IMG/VR virus record: IMGVR_UViG_3300032770_000014
Span: 1-64,000 of that record
DNA length: 64,000 nt
Origin: a virus
Reading direction: 5' to 3' (one strand)
The position numbers and the translations under genes were made by a program. This document shows positions 63,973 through 64,000 of the stretch, in pieces. Every line of letters starts with the position of its first letter. Position 1 is the stretch's first letter. A model generated the notes under the pieces. That model was not told the DNA's origin. It did no database searches and was given only the letters and a program-made list of their open reading frames with translations.

Positions 63973-64000
63973 GGTAGTTATGCTGCCAAGTTATCCGCGT

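Overview
This window is most of a tailed dsDNA bacteriophage (or prophage) genome with podovirus-like organisation. Positions 1-39.8 kb (+ strand) carry the late module. It contains a scaffold, major capsid protein, decoration proteins, three head-tail adaptor-like paralogs, a large tail nozzle-like protein, a GNAT-like protein, three DNA-ejection-like proteins, a block of fibre/tailspike-like proteins and a lysis cassette. Positions 39.9-64 kb (mostly - strand) carry the early/replication module. It contains a UDG-fused family A DNA polymerase, a Pif1-like helicase, an SSB-like/AAA/PD-(D/E)XK recombination set, RHH/HTH regulators, a degenerate AAA protein beside iteron-like repeats and a small serine resolvase. 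Terminase and portal are not in the window. Main unusual points: (1) the tailspike/fibre-like genes and their neighbours encode Sec signal peptides and closely spaced Cys pairs, suggesting exported, disulfide-folded receptor-binding proteins; (2) three homing endonucleases of different families (probably also a fourth) sit at the end of a gene and supply a recoded replacement for the terminus they displaced; (3) a fixed-spacing late promoter-like motif TACCG-N12-T(A/T)nnCT occurs six times; (4) there is a highly structured ~220-nt intergenic RNA candidate; (5) the PolA has both steric-gate partner residues substituted. An Acidobacteriota-like diderm host is a weak inference from the AQ/GQ-ending signal peptides and OMP-like genes. 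All family calls are from motif recognition by eye; no database search was run.
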